Source of the DNA: an uncultured Dehalococcoidales bacterium
Lineage (GTDB): Bacteria > Chloroflexota > Dehalococcoidia > GIF9 > UBA5629
Assembly (NCBI GenBank): GCA_964413085.1
Contig: CAYPRI010000002.1
Coordinates: 7,373-61,920 of the forward strand
DNA: 54,548 nt
Direction: 5' to 3'
Both the position numbers and the translations under genes were made by a program. The stretch's first letter is position 1. Each line of letters begins with the position of its first letter. This document shows positions 17,640-27,386 of this stretch, in pieces. The notes under the pieces were generated by a model. The model searched no databases. It was not told the DNA's origin and was given only the letters and a program-made list of their open reading frames with translations.

Positions 17640-20156
17640 ATGACCACCACCATACCTGAAAAACCACGGTATACCATCAAGGAGCCTAAGAATCTTTCGC
17701 CTCGAATCAAATGGCTCCGCGATTATTACTTCCAGGGCCTGAACCGCAAATGGAACAACGAGTTTACCGGATGGACCACCGGGACTCCCTGGGACTTCCA
17801 GTTTCAGGAAGGCCAGTACTACATAGTCCCGGAGACCTATGCCTTCTTTTCCACTTTCACCGGCGCCTTTAAACAGACGGCCGGGAAAGTAAAACTCCAC
17901 GACGACTTTTGGAAGTGGTCGCTGCCCGAACGCCATGCCTGGTTTATCAAAGAAGTCATGGTTCATTACATGCCCCATGAGATTCTTCCCGGCGACCTGA
18001 TTGCCGGCGGGCGCTTCAACCTCCAGGCTTCTACCTGCCTTAATGAAAAGGAAGCAATGAGGTACCGGAGGATGGTCTATGGCAAGAAGGGCGTCAGGGC
18101 AGCCATACTCTGGCTGCATAATCACGGTTACGGGAATGTCGGAGCAACCAGTGGCCATCTTATACCCGATTATGCGGCAGTCATCGAAAAAGGCTGGAAA
18201 AGCATTTATGCTGATATTGAACGTTACTATAATGCGCTGCCGGAAAGTGAGAAGAGGCATAAGAGGGGCGCGCAGTTAAGGGCGATGCTGACCGCAGCCA
18301 CTATGGCCCAGGACGTAGCCGCAAGGTACAGCCAGCTCTGTGCCGACCTTGCCTCCCATGAACCAGACACTGCCAGAAAGAGCGAACTGCTTCAGATGTC
18401 GGATATATTGAAAAAAGTGCCTTGGGAGCCGGCACAAAACTTCTGGCAGGGGGTGCAGTCCCTGTGGCTGACTCATATGCTGGTTATGAGCGATGAAAGC
18501 TACCCCGGACCAGGGCTTTCATTCGGTCGCGTCGACCAGTACCTTTACCCGCTGTGGCAAAAATCTATTAATGAGGGCATGGACAGAGAATTCGGTAAAG
18601 ACATATTGAAGTGCTTCTGGATTCATTGCAATACCGCTTACGACGCTATGATTCGCACCGGCGGCAACCAGGGCATTACCTCCGGCTTCGGCCAGGTCGT
18701 GACCTTATCAGGCATGGGACCGGATGGCAAAGATATGACCAACGACCTCACCTACGCCATGCTCGAAGTCATCGACGAACTAACGCCCATTCTGGAGCCG
18801 AAACCAAACATCAGGCTGCACAGAAATACGCCCGACCAGCTTTACGACAAAGTCATAGACATGATTTCATCATCTCAGGGTGCGCCGTTCCTGATAAACT
18901 TCGATGAACGCTCTATAGCCGGCATGATGCTTGAGGCTAAAAAAGCCGGAGTGGAACAGCTGGTCAATCGGGGCAATGTTTACGATTATGCCCCGGTGGG
19001 ATGCCTGGAAAACACCATGTGCGGCAACGACCGCTCGGGCACAGTTGATATTAACCTGAACCTTCTTAAAGCGGTTGAGCTGGCGCTTACCGGCGGTTAT
19101 GACCTGATTCCGTACACCGATCCTATGGCGGGCAAAACGGAACCTCGCAGATTATTCGGTTGGCCCACGGGTAATGCGCAACGTTTCAGAACCTGGGAAG
19201 AGTTCTGGAACGCCTATATCAAACAGACTAAATTTATTATTAAAAAGATTGCTGACCTTTACGGCAGAACGGACGAAGTCAGGGCTAAATTCCTACCGAC
19301 CCCTTATCTGTCATGCCTAGTCGAAGGCTGCACTGAAAAAGGCAAAGATATTAACGAAGGCGGTGCCAGGTTGAGCTTCACCACCCTTGAGACGGTGACC
19401 TACGGTACGACGGTGGATTCTTTACTGGCCATAAAATACCTCGTCTTCGATAACAAGATTTGCACCATGAAAGAGCTGATAGATGCGCTTAAAGCCAACT
19501 GGGTTGGGTACGAAGTGCTGCAGGCTCAGGCACAGAACAAGGCACCAAAATATGGCAGGGACGACGACGCAGCTGACGAAATAGGAAAAAAGGTGATGGA
19601 ATTGTGGACGGAAGAAACCTGGAAATATAAATCAAAACCTACCGGCAAGCAGTTCCGTCCCGGCATGCTTAGCTGGAACTACTGGATTTCCGATGGTTAT
19701 GTCCTGCCTGCAAGCCCCGATGGCAGGACAAAGGGCAAATTTTTATCTAACGCCATCTGCCCATCAAACGGCGCGGATATAAACGGGCCCACGGCTAACG
19801 TCAATTCAGTGGGTAAGGTTATCGGAGGTAAAGACGCCGGCGGCAAAGGAGATTGGCTGGAATTCTATAACCTGCTGCCGAATGGTGCCAGCCACACCAT
19901 AACCTTCAATCCGTCGCTTATCCGTGACCCGGAACACAAGAAAAAATTTAAAGCATTTCTGCGCGGTTATCTGGAAAACGGAGGTACCTGCCTGCAGATA
20001 AATATGATCAACGCCGATATGCTGCGGGACGCGCAGAAAAATCCGGAAAACTACAGGCATTTACTGGTACGCGTTACCGGCTACAACGCTTATTTCACCG
20101 CCATCGGCAGAGAGCTGCAGAACGAAATCATAGCCCGCGAAAGCCATCAGATTTAA
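17640..20156 (+). CDS. glycyl radical enzyme, PFL2 / dehydratase-lyase type, substrate unknown
   Basis: 838 aa from the ATG at 17640 (SD GAAGGGAGGGG). The C-terminal glycyl-radical loop is LLVRVTGYNAYF, with the Gly codon at 20079-20081. The thiyl loop is VGCLEN (Cys codon 19002-19004, with Glu two residues later), as in CutC/glycerol-dehydratase-type GREs. Confidence 0.9.
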   Translation: MTTTIPEKPRYTIKEPKNLSPRIKWLRDYYFQGLNRKWNNEFTGWTTGTPWDFQFQEGQYYIVPETYAFFSTFTGAFKQTAGKVKLHDDFWKWSLPERHAWFIKEVMVHYMPHEILPGDLIAGGRFNLQASTCLNEKEAMRYRRMVYGKKGVRAAILWLHNHGYGNVGATSGHLIPDYAAVIEKGWKSIYADIERYYNALPESEKRHKRGAQLRAMLTAATMAQDVAARYSQLCADLASHEPDTARKSELLQMSDILKKVPWEPAQNFWQGVQSLWLTHMLVMSDESYPGPGLSFGRVDQYLYPLWQKSINEGMDREFGKDILKCFWIHCNTAYDAMIRTGGNQGITSGFGQVVTLSGMGPDGKDMTNDLTYAMLEVIDELTPILEPKPNIRLHRNTPDQLYDKVIDMISSSQGAPFLINFDERSIAGMMLEAKKAGVEQLVNRGNVYDYAPVGCLENTMCGNDRSGTVDINLNLLKAVELALTGGYDLIPYTDPMAGKTEPRRLFGWPTGNAQRFRTWEEFWNAYIKQTKFIIKKIADLYGRTDEVRAKFLPTPYLSCLVEGCTEKGKDINEGGARLSFTTLETVTYGTTVDSLLAIKYLVFDNKICTMKELIDALKANWVGYEVLQAQAQNKAPKYGRDDDAADEIGKKVMELWTEETWKYKSKPTGKQFRPGMLSWNYWISDGYVLPASPDGRTKGKFLSNAICPSNGADINGPTANVNSVGKVIGGKDAGGKGDWLEFYNLLPNGASHTITFNPSLIRDPEHKKKFKAFLRGYLENGGTCLQINMINADMLRDAQKNPENYRHLLVRVTGYNAYFTAIGRELQNEIIARESHQI

Positions 20157-20170
20157 CAAGGCCGTTTAAT

Positions 20171-21193
20171 ATGGGAACTGACATCGTTGACCGGGCAACA
20201 GTAGAAGCCACAGCTACGACCGGTACAGTCAAGGAAGGGACTGGATGTATACTGCATTTGCAGAGATTCTCTACAGAAGATGGCCCGGGTATACGCACTA
20301 CCGTATTTTTCAAAGGCTGCCCCCTCAACTGCCTCTGGTGCCACAATCCTGAAAGTATATTGGCTACACCTCAAATACAGTGGCTTGAAAACCGGTGTAT
20401 AGGCTGCGGTACCTGTGTAAAGACATGCCCCAAGCATTGCCTTACCAGGACGGAACAGAGAGTTGTTATCGACCGTAAGCTATGTAACGGCTGCGGCGAT
20501 TGCGCCGCGGCCTGCCCGGCAAACGCCATGGAGCTACTGGGCAAGACAGCGACTGTGGATTCGCTTTCCCATGAACTAGTGAAAGACCTGGTGTTTTTTG
20601 AGACATCGGGCGGCGGTGTTACTCTTTCTGGCGGCGAACCGCTTCTGCAGCCGGATTTCTCAGCACGGCTGCTCCAGAAACTCAAAGGAAATGGAATCAA
20701 CACCGCCATCGACACCTGCGGATTGTGCTCGACAAGCTCTCTGGATAAAGTGATACCTTATATCGACGTGGTGCTGTTCGATTTAAAAGAGATGGGCGCC
20801 GAAAAACACCGGGCCTTCACGGGGCAGCATAATCAAAGGATTCTGGAGAACCTCCTGTACATCCGCGATTATATCCGGAATAATGCCCCGAAAACAGTGC
20901 TATGGATTAGGACTCCACTTATCCCCGGTGCTACAGCCAGGCCGGATAACATAAGCGGCATCGGGACTTTTATCGCTAGAAAACTGGGCGGCATCGCACA
21001 GCGCTGGGAACTTTTAGCCTTTAATAACCTATGCCGCGACAAATATCGGAGGTTAGACATCGACTGGCAATATGCTGCAACTCCACTAATGACAGAAGAA
21101 ATGGTGTTTGATATGGAAAATCTTGCTAAAAAGTCCGGGGTGAATCCTGATATCGTTTTCGCCACGGGCCCCACCAAGGTTGAAGATTTATAG
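20171..21193 (+). CDS. glycyl-radical enzyme activating protein (radical SAM with two auxiliary 4Fe-4S motifs)
   Basis: CPLNCLWCHNPE (CX3CX2C), plus CIGCGTCVKTCP and CNGCGDCAAACP ferredoxin-type motifs, plus GGVTLSGGEP. It starts 14 nt after the GRE stop. Confidence 0.9.
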   Translation: MGTDIVDRATVEATATTGTVKEGTGCILHLQRFSTEDGPGIRTTVFFKGCPLNCLWCHNPESILATPQIQWLENRCIGCGTCVKTCPKHCLTRTEQRVVIDRKLCNGCGDCAAACPANAMELLGKTATVDSLSHELVKDLVFFETSGGGVTLSGGEPLLQPDFSARLLQKLKGNGINTAIDTCGLCSTSSLDKVIPYIDVVLFDLKEMGAEKHRAFTGQHNQRILENLLYIRDYIRNNAPKTVLWIRTPLIPGATARPDNISGIGTFIARKLGGIAQRWELLAFNNLCRDKYRRLDIDWQYAATPLMTEEMVFDMENLAKKSGVNPDIVFATGPTKVEDL

Positions 21194-21204
21194 AGGAGAT
21201 GTCC

Positions 21205-22062
21205 ATGATTAAAAGACCAGAAGTTCATAAGTCTTTTTCCGAATCTGATATTAAAAGTTTTGAACCGGAGATGAAAGTGGGTCTTTTGGCCACCATAAAC
21301 CAGGAAGGCCTGCCGCATATTACCCTGCTTTCCTCGCTTTGCGCCAGCTCGCCCACTGGGCTTGTCTTCGGCCAGTTCTCCGAGGGCTTAAGTAAAATGC
21401 ATATTAGAAAAAATACGAAGGTCGGATTTCTCATTTTGACGCTGGACAGAAATACCTGGCGGGGCAAGGCAAACTTCACTCACATTGAAAGAGGCGGCCG
21501 GGAATTCGACATGTTCAATAATATGCCCATGTTCCGCTATAACTCTTATTTCGGCATACACACGGTTTACTACTTTGACCTGGTAGAGCAGTACGGTAAA
21601 CAGCCGCTGCCCATGGGGAGCGTTGTACAGGCCGCTCTGAAAACCATAGCAGCAAAGATTTTGTCTCGCCAGAAACCAGGTGCGGAGATACTTAACCCCT
21701 GGGCAAAACAGCTCATTGATAAAATCTCCAATCTGAAATTTCTTTCGTATATTACAAAGGATGGTTACCCCGTTATTATCCCTGTCATCCAGGCACAAAC
21801 TTCGGGCACTGAGAATTTAATCTTTGCGGCTTCGGCATTCAAGGAAGAAATCGAGGCTGTACCCGCGAACACAAGCATGGCATTTTTCTGCATGTCTTTC
21901 GATATGGAGGATGTACTTCTCAGGGGCGTCTATAAAGGTATACAAAAAATAGGCGGTGTGTACTGCGGCAATATTCTGGTCGACTGGGTCTATAGCCCCA
22001 TGCCACCAAAGCCTCAGCAGATTTATCCCGAAATCAAGCTGGATGCAATTACCAGCTTTTAA
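21205..22062 (+). CDS. tandem split-barrel (pyridoxamine 5'-phosphate oxidase-like, FMN-binding-like) protein
   Basis: Two halves each carry the 'ATvnxxGxP' signature (VGLLATINQEGLPHITLL; LSYITKDGYPVIIPV). The ATG at 21205 is preferred over 21199 because of SD AGAGGAG spacing. It starts 11 nt after the activase stop. Confidence 0.5.
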   Translation: MIKRPEVHKSFSESDIKSFEPEMKVGLLATINQEGLPHITLLSSLCASSPTGLVFGQFSEGLSKMHIRKNTKVGFLILTLDRNTWRGKANFTHIERGGREFDMFNNMPMFRYNSYFGIHTVYYFDLVEQYGKQPLPMGSVVQAALKTIAAKILSRQKPGAEILNPWAKQLIDKISNLKFLSYITKDGYPVIIPVIQAQTSGTENLIFAASAFKEEIEAVPANTSMAFFCMSFDMEDVLLRGVYKGIQKIGGVYCGNILVDWVYSPMPPKPQQIYPEIKLDAITSF

Positions 22063-22071
22063 TCGACGGCT

Positions 22072-22866
22072 TTACCCGACCGTTAAAAATCTTTTGTTAC
22101 CGCTAAACGCCTGAACTATTATTTCACGGGTAAAAGGCACAACCTTACTATTCAGGTGCACTTCATCAGCTGCATATTCTTTCTTCATGAAGCCTTTTTC
22201 GTCGGCAGCAATGGACTGCATGTCAATGAATGGGACACAGTTTTTCCGACAAAACCCACGCAGCTTTTCATTGAACAATCGGGATATTTCACTCCTCTGT
22301 TCTGGACTTCCCAGAAACGGCAGATCAGATTCAAAATCTTTTTCCGCTGCCGGCGGTATGCCGTGAACCGATACGGCAAATCCTGCATCTTTTAACCTCA
22401 TAATCGTTTGTCCGTATCTCTCAACTGTGTTATCTATGAGGTCTTCGATGCTCCTCTTTCTCTTTTTTTTCTCGTACTGAAGATAAATATGTACCCTGGA
22501 GTCTATTTCGCCGAAAACCAGCAGCAGGACGTCCCTCTCTTTGTTTATTGTCGGTAGAAATGAATTCAAATATTTCTTGGACTGCGAGAGGCTATCATCT
22601 TTGTTTAAATTATAGGCGGTTGCCTGAGATATATGGTGTAGTAAAAAAGGTGTCCTGAACAAGAAAGGCCTCAGATGACTATCGCCAATTAGATGGATTA
22701 TGGCTCGATTTTGTCGGTCTGCCCGCCAGCCCAGTAGCGCATTAAATATGCACAGCCACGGATACTTTAAAATGACATCGGCCCAGCTGAAGTAGATTGA
22801 GCCCTGTCTTTGTAAAGCCTCTCTCAGACGGCCTTTAACTTCCGGAAAAATCACTTTTCCCCCCAT
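22072..22866 (-). CDS. SGNH/GDSL-like hydrolase family protein, hypothetical
   Basis: 264 aa. Block-I-like IGDSH, block-III-like FGEID, block-V-like DEVHLN. The gene is AT-rich relative to its neighbours. Confidence 0.4.
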   Translation of the reverse strand: MGGKVIFPEVKGRLREALQRQGSIYFSWADVILKYPWLCIFNALLGWRADRQNRAIIHLIGDSHLRPFLFRTPFLLHHISQATAYNLNKDDSLSQSKKYLNSFLPTINKERDVLLLVFGEIDSRVHIYLQYEKKKRKRSIEDLIDNTVERYGQTIMRLKDAGFAVSVHGIPPAAEKDFESDLPFLGSPEQRSEISRLFNEKLRGFCRKNCVPFIDMQSIAADEKGFMKKEYAADEVHLNSKVVPFTREIIVQAFSGNKRFLTVG

Positions 22867-22983
22867 GGGTTCAAACTAAATCTAGAATTGCTTTACTTTA
22901 CCATTGGCTTACTAAAATTTTCAATCGAAGCGACGGAAACGGACGAAATCTGCAGATAAGATACGAGAATATTTGCGGGCCTC

Positions 22984-24228
22984 TTAGAAGGTAAAACCTT
23001 TTTGGGTGAATACCTTAATGCAGGCGTCTACGGCCTCCGGACAGTAGAGCACGCCTCTTTGCTGTAAGATTTCTAAAAGAGATTCTTCAATGCTGAGGGC
23101 CGGACGGTAGGGTCGATGCGAGGCCATAGCCTCGACAACATCAGCCACGCTAATTATCTTGGCCTCTATTAGAATCTCATCGCCGGAAAGCCCATATGGA
23201 TACCCCGAGCCGTTCATACGTTCATGGTGTTGAAGGACGATTTGGGCGACTGGCCAGGGAAACTCGATAGTACTTAGCAGGTCGTAGCCTACCTGTGCGT
23301 GGTCCTTTACTAGGTTGATTTCATTTTGTCTCAGTCGGCCCGGCCGGCTCAGAATCTCTGCAGGCACATATATCTTACCGATGTCATGCAGCGTGCCCGC
23401 AACGCGTATGCCCTCTATCTGTTTTTCGGAAAGTCCCAGCTCCCTACCTATGGAACAGGCTAGCTTGGCTACACGGTGCTGATGGCCGGCGGTGTACGGG
23501 TCTCTAATCTCAGTGGTTAAGGCCACGGCGTTGATTGCGCCTTCGATCGCCCTTTGTAATCTTAGCGAGGTCTGCTTTAGCTCTTCCGCCGTCCGCTTGC
23601 GCTCACTAATATCACCGACCGCGCTCACTATAAGCTTCCGCCCCTTTGAATCGATTATGAGACTGCTGACCTCTACAGGGACCGGATTTTTATCTCTTCC
23701 CACGTGGAGCGATTCGTACGTAAGCTGCCCCTTCTCCATCAACTCGGCAATTTTCGCTTCAACCATCTTCATCTGCTCGGGAGCATTAAGCTCATAAAGA
23801 TTCAGCCTCAGCAACTCTTCTTCATCGTACCCATAAAACCGGCAAGCGCGGCCATTGGCGTAAACGCATTTGCCATTCAAATCATGAACCATAATAGAAT
23901 CCGTAGTAGCGGCAAAAAGCTGAGCATAAAATTCCACTCGTTCCTTCAATAATTTCTGCCTACTACTGACACGAAGCAAGTACCACGAGACAATGGCCCC
24001 AGGTATGAGAAGAATTGTCAGTATAAGCACAAAAACCTTGATAAACGTCAGCCCGCCATTTACTTGAAGATATTGGGGAGAAACGAAGGGCACGGCCCTA
24101 TAATAGAATAAGGTCAAAACCAGGACGCTTAATGCTGCAACAGACAAGAAAATGGTGATTAATAATTCCAGTATTTGCCCGCGAAAATTTAGGCCTTTTG
24201 GAAATATTAATTGCGGCTTTAGGCTCAC
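22984..24228 (-). CDS. membrane-anchored PAS-domain HD-GYP phosphodiesterase
   Basis: Two N-terminal TM helices and one PAS segment. HD-GYP motifs: HDIGKIYVP and HHERMNGSGYPYGL. Confidence 0.85.
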   Translation of the reverse strand: MSLKPQLIFPKGLNFRGQILELLITIFLSVAALSVLVLTLFYYRAVPFVSPQYLQVNGGLTFIKVFVLILTILLIPGAIVSWYLLRVSSRQKLLKERVEFYAQLFAATTDSIMVHDLNGKCVYANGRACRFYGYDEEELLRLNLYELNAPEQMKMVEAKIAELMEKGQLTYESLHVGRDKNPVPVEVSSLIIDSKGRKLIVSAVGDISERKRTAEELKQTSLRLQRAIEGAINAVALTTEIRDPYTAGHQHRVAKLACSIGRELGLSEKQIEGIRVAGTLHDIGKIYVPAEILSRPGRLRQNEINLVKDHAQVGYDLLSTIEFPWPVAQIVLQHHERMNGSGYPYGLSGDEILIEAKIISVADVVEAMASHRPYRPALSIEESLLEILQQRGVLYCPEAVDACIKVFTQKGFTF

Positions 24229-24410
24229 TGAAATCCTTTTCAGGTTATCGACAATATTATCACTAAATTTAATAGATGGTCAACGATAAATGCAACCGTT
24301 TTATAGCTTCCGTCCACATAATTTTAAAAAAGTTTTTAAATTTTTCTTATCAAGCATAGAAAGTGTTTGTCGTTATGCCTGTCAAGTATTGTAAGGTGGA
24401 AATCGTCATA

Positions 24411-24605
24411 TTATAAACCCGTAAGTTCCAAGCTTTCCCAGCCTGTTGCCCTAAAGGAATAGCCAGGGGCATCGGCCGATAGGTCAGAATCGAAGTAGAC
24501 TGCGGTTTTCCATTGCTCGGCGTGATGACCAAGAGGTCCGCCGAAGAGTTTGGCCTGAGCATTGGACGAAAAATAACGGCCAGCTCCAGGGATACAGCGG
24601 TGCAC
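24411..24605 (-). CDS. possible small protein (64 aa), hypothetical
   Basis: GTG-initiated ORF 25 nt downstream of the MBL-hydrolase stop. Third-position bias looks coding-like. No SD and no family recognised. Confidence 0.25.
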   Translation of the reverse strand: MHRCIPGAGRYFSSNAQAKLFGGPLGHHAEQWKTAVYFDSDLSADAPGYSFRATGWESLELTGL

Positions 24606-24629
24606 GTTATTAAGAGATGGGCTTAACGG

Positions 24630-25757
24630 CTACAAATAAGAGCCCAGGGTGTCCAAACAATTGTTTGTTCCGGTAGCGATAACGACGTCTTTGCTACCCG
24701 CCCGCCAGCTAATATCACCGCATTCCTCCATAACTTCGATATGTGCTCTGACTTCGTTTTCAGCCAGCAATTGGCCTGTCCCCTTTAACCGTGAAGGAGG
24801 GAAATGCTTCGCCACAATCTCCTTTATGTCGGTGGGCTTACTGCCTATGATTTCTAATATATCCCGACAGCGGTCAATATGAAACTGGATAATCTCTCTG
24901 GCCCGCTGCCCACCGTCAAGCAGGTTGAACTGACCATTATAAAAAAGCCGATGTGCCGGAAAGGTAGCCTCAAAAGGTCGATTACTAAAGCGGGCTACCT
25001 TGCTTAGAGACCTGATGAAATTGATTAAACCGTAAATAGAGTTAGACTGGCGATATGATTGCGGCAAAATCTTGACATTGACTTTGAATTCAGCCGATAG
25101 AGAAGGGTGGGCCGTGATTTCCGGAAGCACGGTATCCCCGGTAAAGATGATTTCGTCTTCAAGAACCACACAAATTGAGTCGGGAGTATGCCCGGGAGTG
25201 AACAAGAACTTGAGGCCATTCTCAGACAGTATCTGGTTATCCTGAACAGTAACATCCACCTTCACCACACTTCTCTTACGGTGATATGGCAAACAGTCCT
25301 TGTAGAACTTTTCGGGCATGACACAGAGGCGACAGGAACCGGGGAACTCAGGATGCGGCACGTCGTCGTTCGCCTCCAGGTGATAAGAAATCATCGATGG
25401 ATAGAGCTCGTGAGCTATTAGTTCAGCCTTGGCTGCCGATAGTATTTCAGCTACGTTGCCGTCGTGGTCCTCGTGGCAGTGGCTGATGATTACCCTGTCG
25501 ATATCCGAAAGTTTTTTACCGGTCGCGGTCAGTAATGAGCTGAGAATCTCGAAGTTGCCCAGTCTTCCGGTATCGATTAGCGTTGTTTTCCGCCCGGCAA
25601 TCAGGTAACACCAGGTAGGTCCAAGGTCCCAGTCGGCGTCAGCATATATATTGGGTACGGCCATACCGAAGATATCCGTTCCTCGGGTAGTTTTATAACG
25701 GATGACCATGCCCTCACCGTTGCCCTTATCCCTGATAATTATGTCCGGTGTATTCAT
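24630..25757 (-). CDS. MBL-fold metallo-hydrolase
   Basis: 375 aa with HCHEDHDG (HxHxDH) and downstream His/Asp ligands. Confidence 0.8.
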   Translation of the reverse strand: MNTPDIIIRDKGNGEGMVIRYKTTRGTDIFGMAVPNIYADADWDLGPTWCYLIAGRKTTLIDTGRLGNFEILSSLLTATGKKLSDIDRVIISHCHEDHDGNVAEILSAAKAELIAHELYPSMISYHLEANDDVPHPEFPGSCRLCVMPEKFYKDCLPYHRKRSVVKVDVTVQDNQILSENGLKFLFTPGHTPDSICVVLEDEIIFTGDTVLPEITAHPSLSAEFKVNVKILPQSYRQSNSIYGLINFIRSLSKVARFSNRPFEATFPAHRLFYNGQFNLLDGGQRAREIIQFHIDRCRDILEIIGSKPTDIKEIVAKHFPPSRLKGTGQLLAENEVRAHIEVMEECGDISWRAGSKDVVIATGTNNCLDTLGSYL

Positions 25758-25798
25758 ATCTTAATGGCGTGGAGACAATATCTGCGAAACCATCCGCC

Positions 25799-26143
25799 TC
25801 ATTGCTCCACTTCAATGCTCTCGACGTATGACTCCTGTCCCTTAATTACGTCGAGACCGGTGCCTTGGCAATTAGGACAGACCCAGACGGAGTCATTGGG
25901 ATTGAATACCGTCTGGCAATTCCGGCAGCGTAGCTCCACGGGTACCTGTTTAAAATCAAGAATTGCCTCTTCAGCCACGTTACCTTTTTTAAGAAAATCA
26001 AAGTAAAACTGTACGCAATCGCTGACCACCCCTGACAGCTCACCGATAACCAGATTTATTTTAGTGACCTTCCTGGCATCAGCCGCCCTGGCCTGGGTCA
26101 AGACTATATCCATAATGCTTTGTGTTATAGAGAGCTCGTGCAT
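25799..26143 (-). CDS. hypA: hydrogenase nickel-incorporation protein HypA
   Basis: Canonical MHELSITQSI N-terminus (start moved to 26143). Zn site CRNC...CPNC. 114 aa. Confidence 0.9.
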   Translation of the reverse strand: MHELSITQSIMDIVLTQARAADARKVTKINLVIGELSGVVSDCVQFYFDFLKKGNVAEEAILDFKQVPVELRCRNCQTVFNPNDSVWVCPNCQGTGLDVIKGQESYVESIEVEQ

Positions 26144-26329
26144 GATAACCAACCATATAACGACGTAATGACAATCTACGAATTATAGGCTTTTTACATA
26201 TGATTTTTCAAAGACTTAGCGTGGCTGTTCTTGACAAAATAAAGCGGAGACGCTAAAGTTCCTAGCCATCTGCGCGGCTTGCAATTTGTAGTCTATTTTC
26301 AGCGGGATTCGATATCTTGGAGTAGTCAG

Positions 26330-27328
26330 ATGTTAATTGCTGTAGATGCAATGGGCGGTGACTACGCCCCCAGAGAGGTCATCAAGGGTGCCATTGAAGC
26401 AGCCAGGGAATTCCCCGTAGAGATCGCTCTCATCGGTAACAAACCTGTAATCGAGATGCTGCTCCGGCGTTATTCCAGAAAGCTGAACATTTCCATAGTC
26501 GAAGCCAGCCAGGTCGTCGAGATGGACGAAGACCCGGTGCAGGGAGTCCAGAACAAACCCGATTCTTCGCTATGTGTCGGCGCCAGGATGGTCAAAGACG
26601 GTACTGCTGATGGCTTTGTTTCTGCCGGCAGCACTGGCGCAGTAGTGGTCGCTTCATTTCTTAACCTGAAGATGGTGCCGGGTATCGAACGTTTAGCGAT
26701 ATGTGCGGTGGCCTACCTCAATCAGCCGCAACCCAGCCTGATTATCGATTGTGGTGTCAATGTCAACTGCCGCCCCATCTTTCTGGTACAGTTCGCCCAA
26801 CTGGCGACTATTCTGGCGAGAAACGTTATCAGCATAGAATCGCCGCGAGTGGGCTTGTTAAACGTCGGCGAAGAGGAATTAAAAGGCAATACGCTGGCCA
26901 GGGACACATACCAACTTATGAAAAAGACCGACCTGAATTTCATCGGTAACATAGAAGGTTTTGATGTATTGCAGGGTAAAGCCGATGTCATAGTTACCGA
27001 TGGTTTCACCGGTAATGTACTGGTAAAGACAATAGAAGGCTATTCTCAGGTGATACAGAGTTTGCTGGAGATGGGGGAAACAGCCAAAATCGACCGCTAC
27101 CTGACGGGCGCTGCCCTTTCTCAATACGTACAGCTACAGGCAACAGTGAAAAATCTGGACTATAAAGAGTACGGAGGAGCCTGTCTACTGGGGCTGGAGG
27201 GAAATGTTGTCATAGCACACGGCCGCAGCCGGGCTAAAGCCATCACCAGCGCCATCTACCTGGCCTATCATGCCGCCAGGCAGGGAATCGTCGAAGCCAT
27301 TAAAAACAGCTGTTACGCCTCGGAATAG
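26330..27328 (+). CDS. plsX: phosphate:acyl-ACP acyltransferase PlsX
   Basis: MLIAVDAMGGDYAP N-terminus (ATG 26330), FVSAGSTGA, and HGRS near the C-terminus. Confidence 0.9.
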   Translation: MLIAVDAMGGDYAPREVIKGAIEAAREFPVEIALIGNKPVIEMLLRRYSRKLNISIVEASQVVEMDEDPVQGVQNKPDSSLCVGARMVKDGTADGFVSAGSTGAVVVASFLNLKMVPGIERLAICAVAYLNQPQPSLIIDCGVNVNCRPIFLVQFAQLATILARNVISIESPRVGLLNVGEEELKGNTLARDTYQLMKKTDLNFIGNIEGFDVLQGKADVIVTDGFTGNVLVKTIEGYSQVIQSLLEMGETAKIDRYLTGAALSQYVQLQATVKNLDYKEYGGACLLGLEGNVVIAHGRSRAKAITSAIYLAYHAARQGIVEAIKNSCYASE

Positions 27329-27386
27329 CGATTGTATATTTAAATTACACTCAATAATTCATAAGAGTCAGAAAAGGGGTAAAAAC

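Noticed and set aside
17496-18260. A 254-aa ORF antisense to the 5' part of the glycyl-radical enzyme gene.
   Set aside because: It fully overlaps a confidently identified GRE on the other strand. Its composition is low-complexity and Pro/Gly/Phe-rich, with no SD and no motif.
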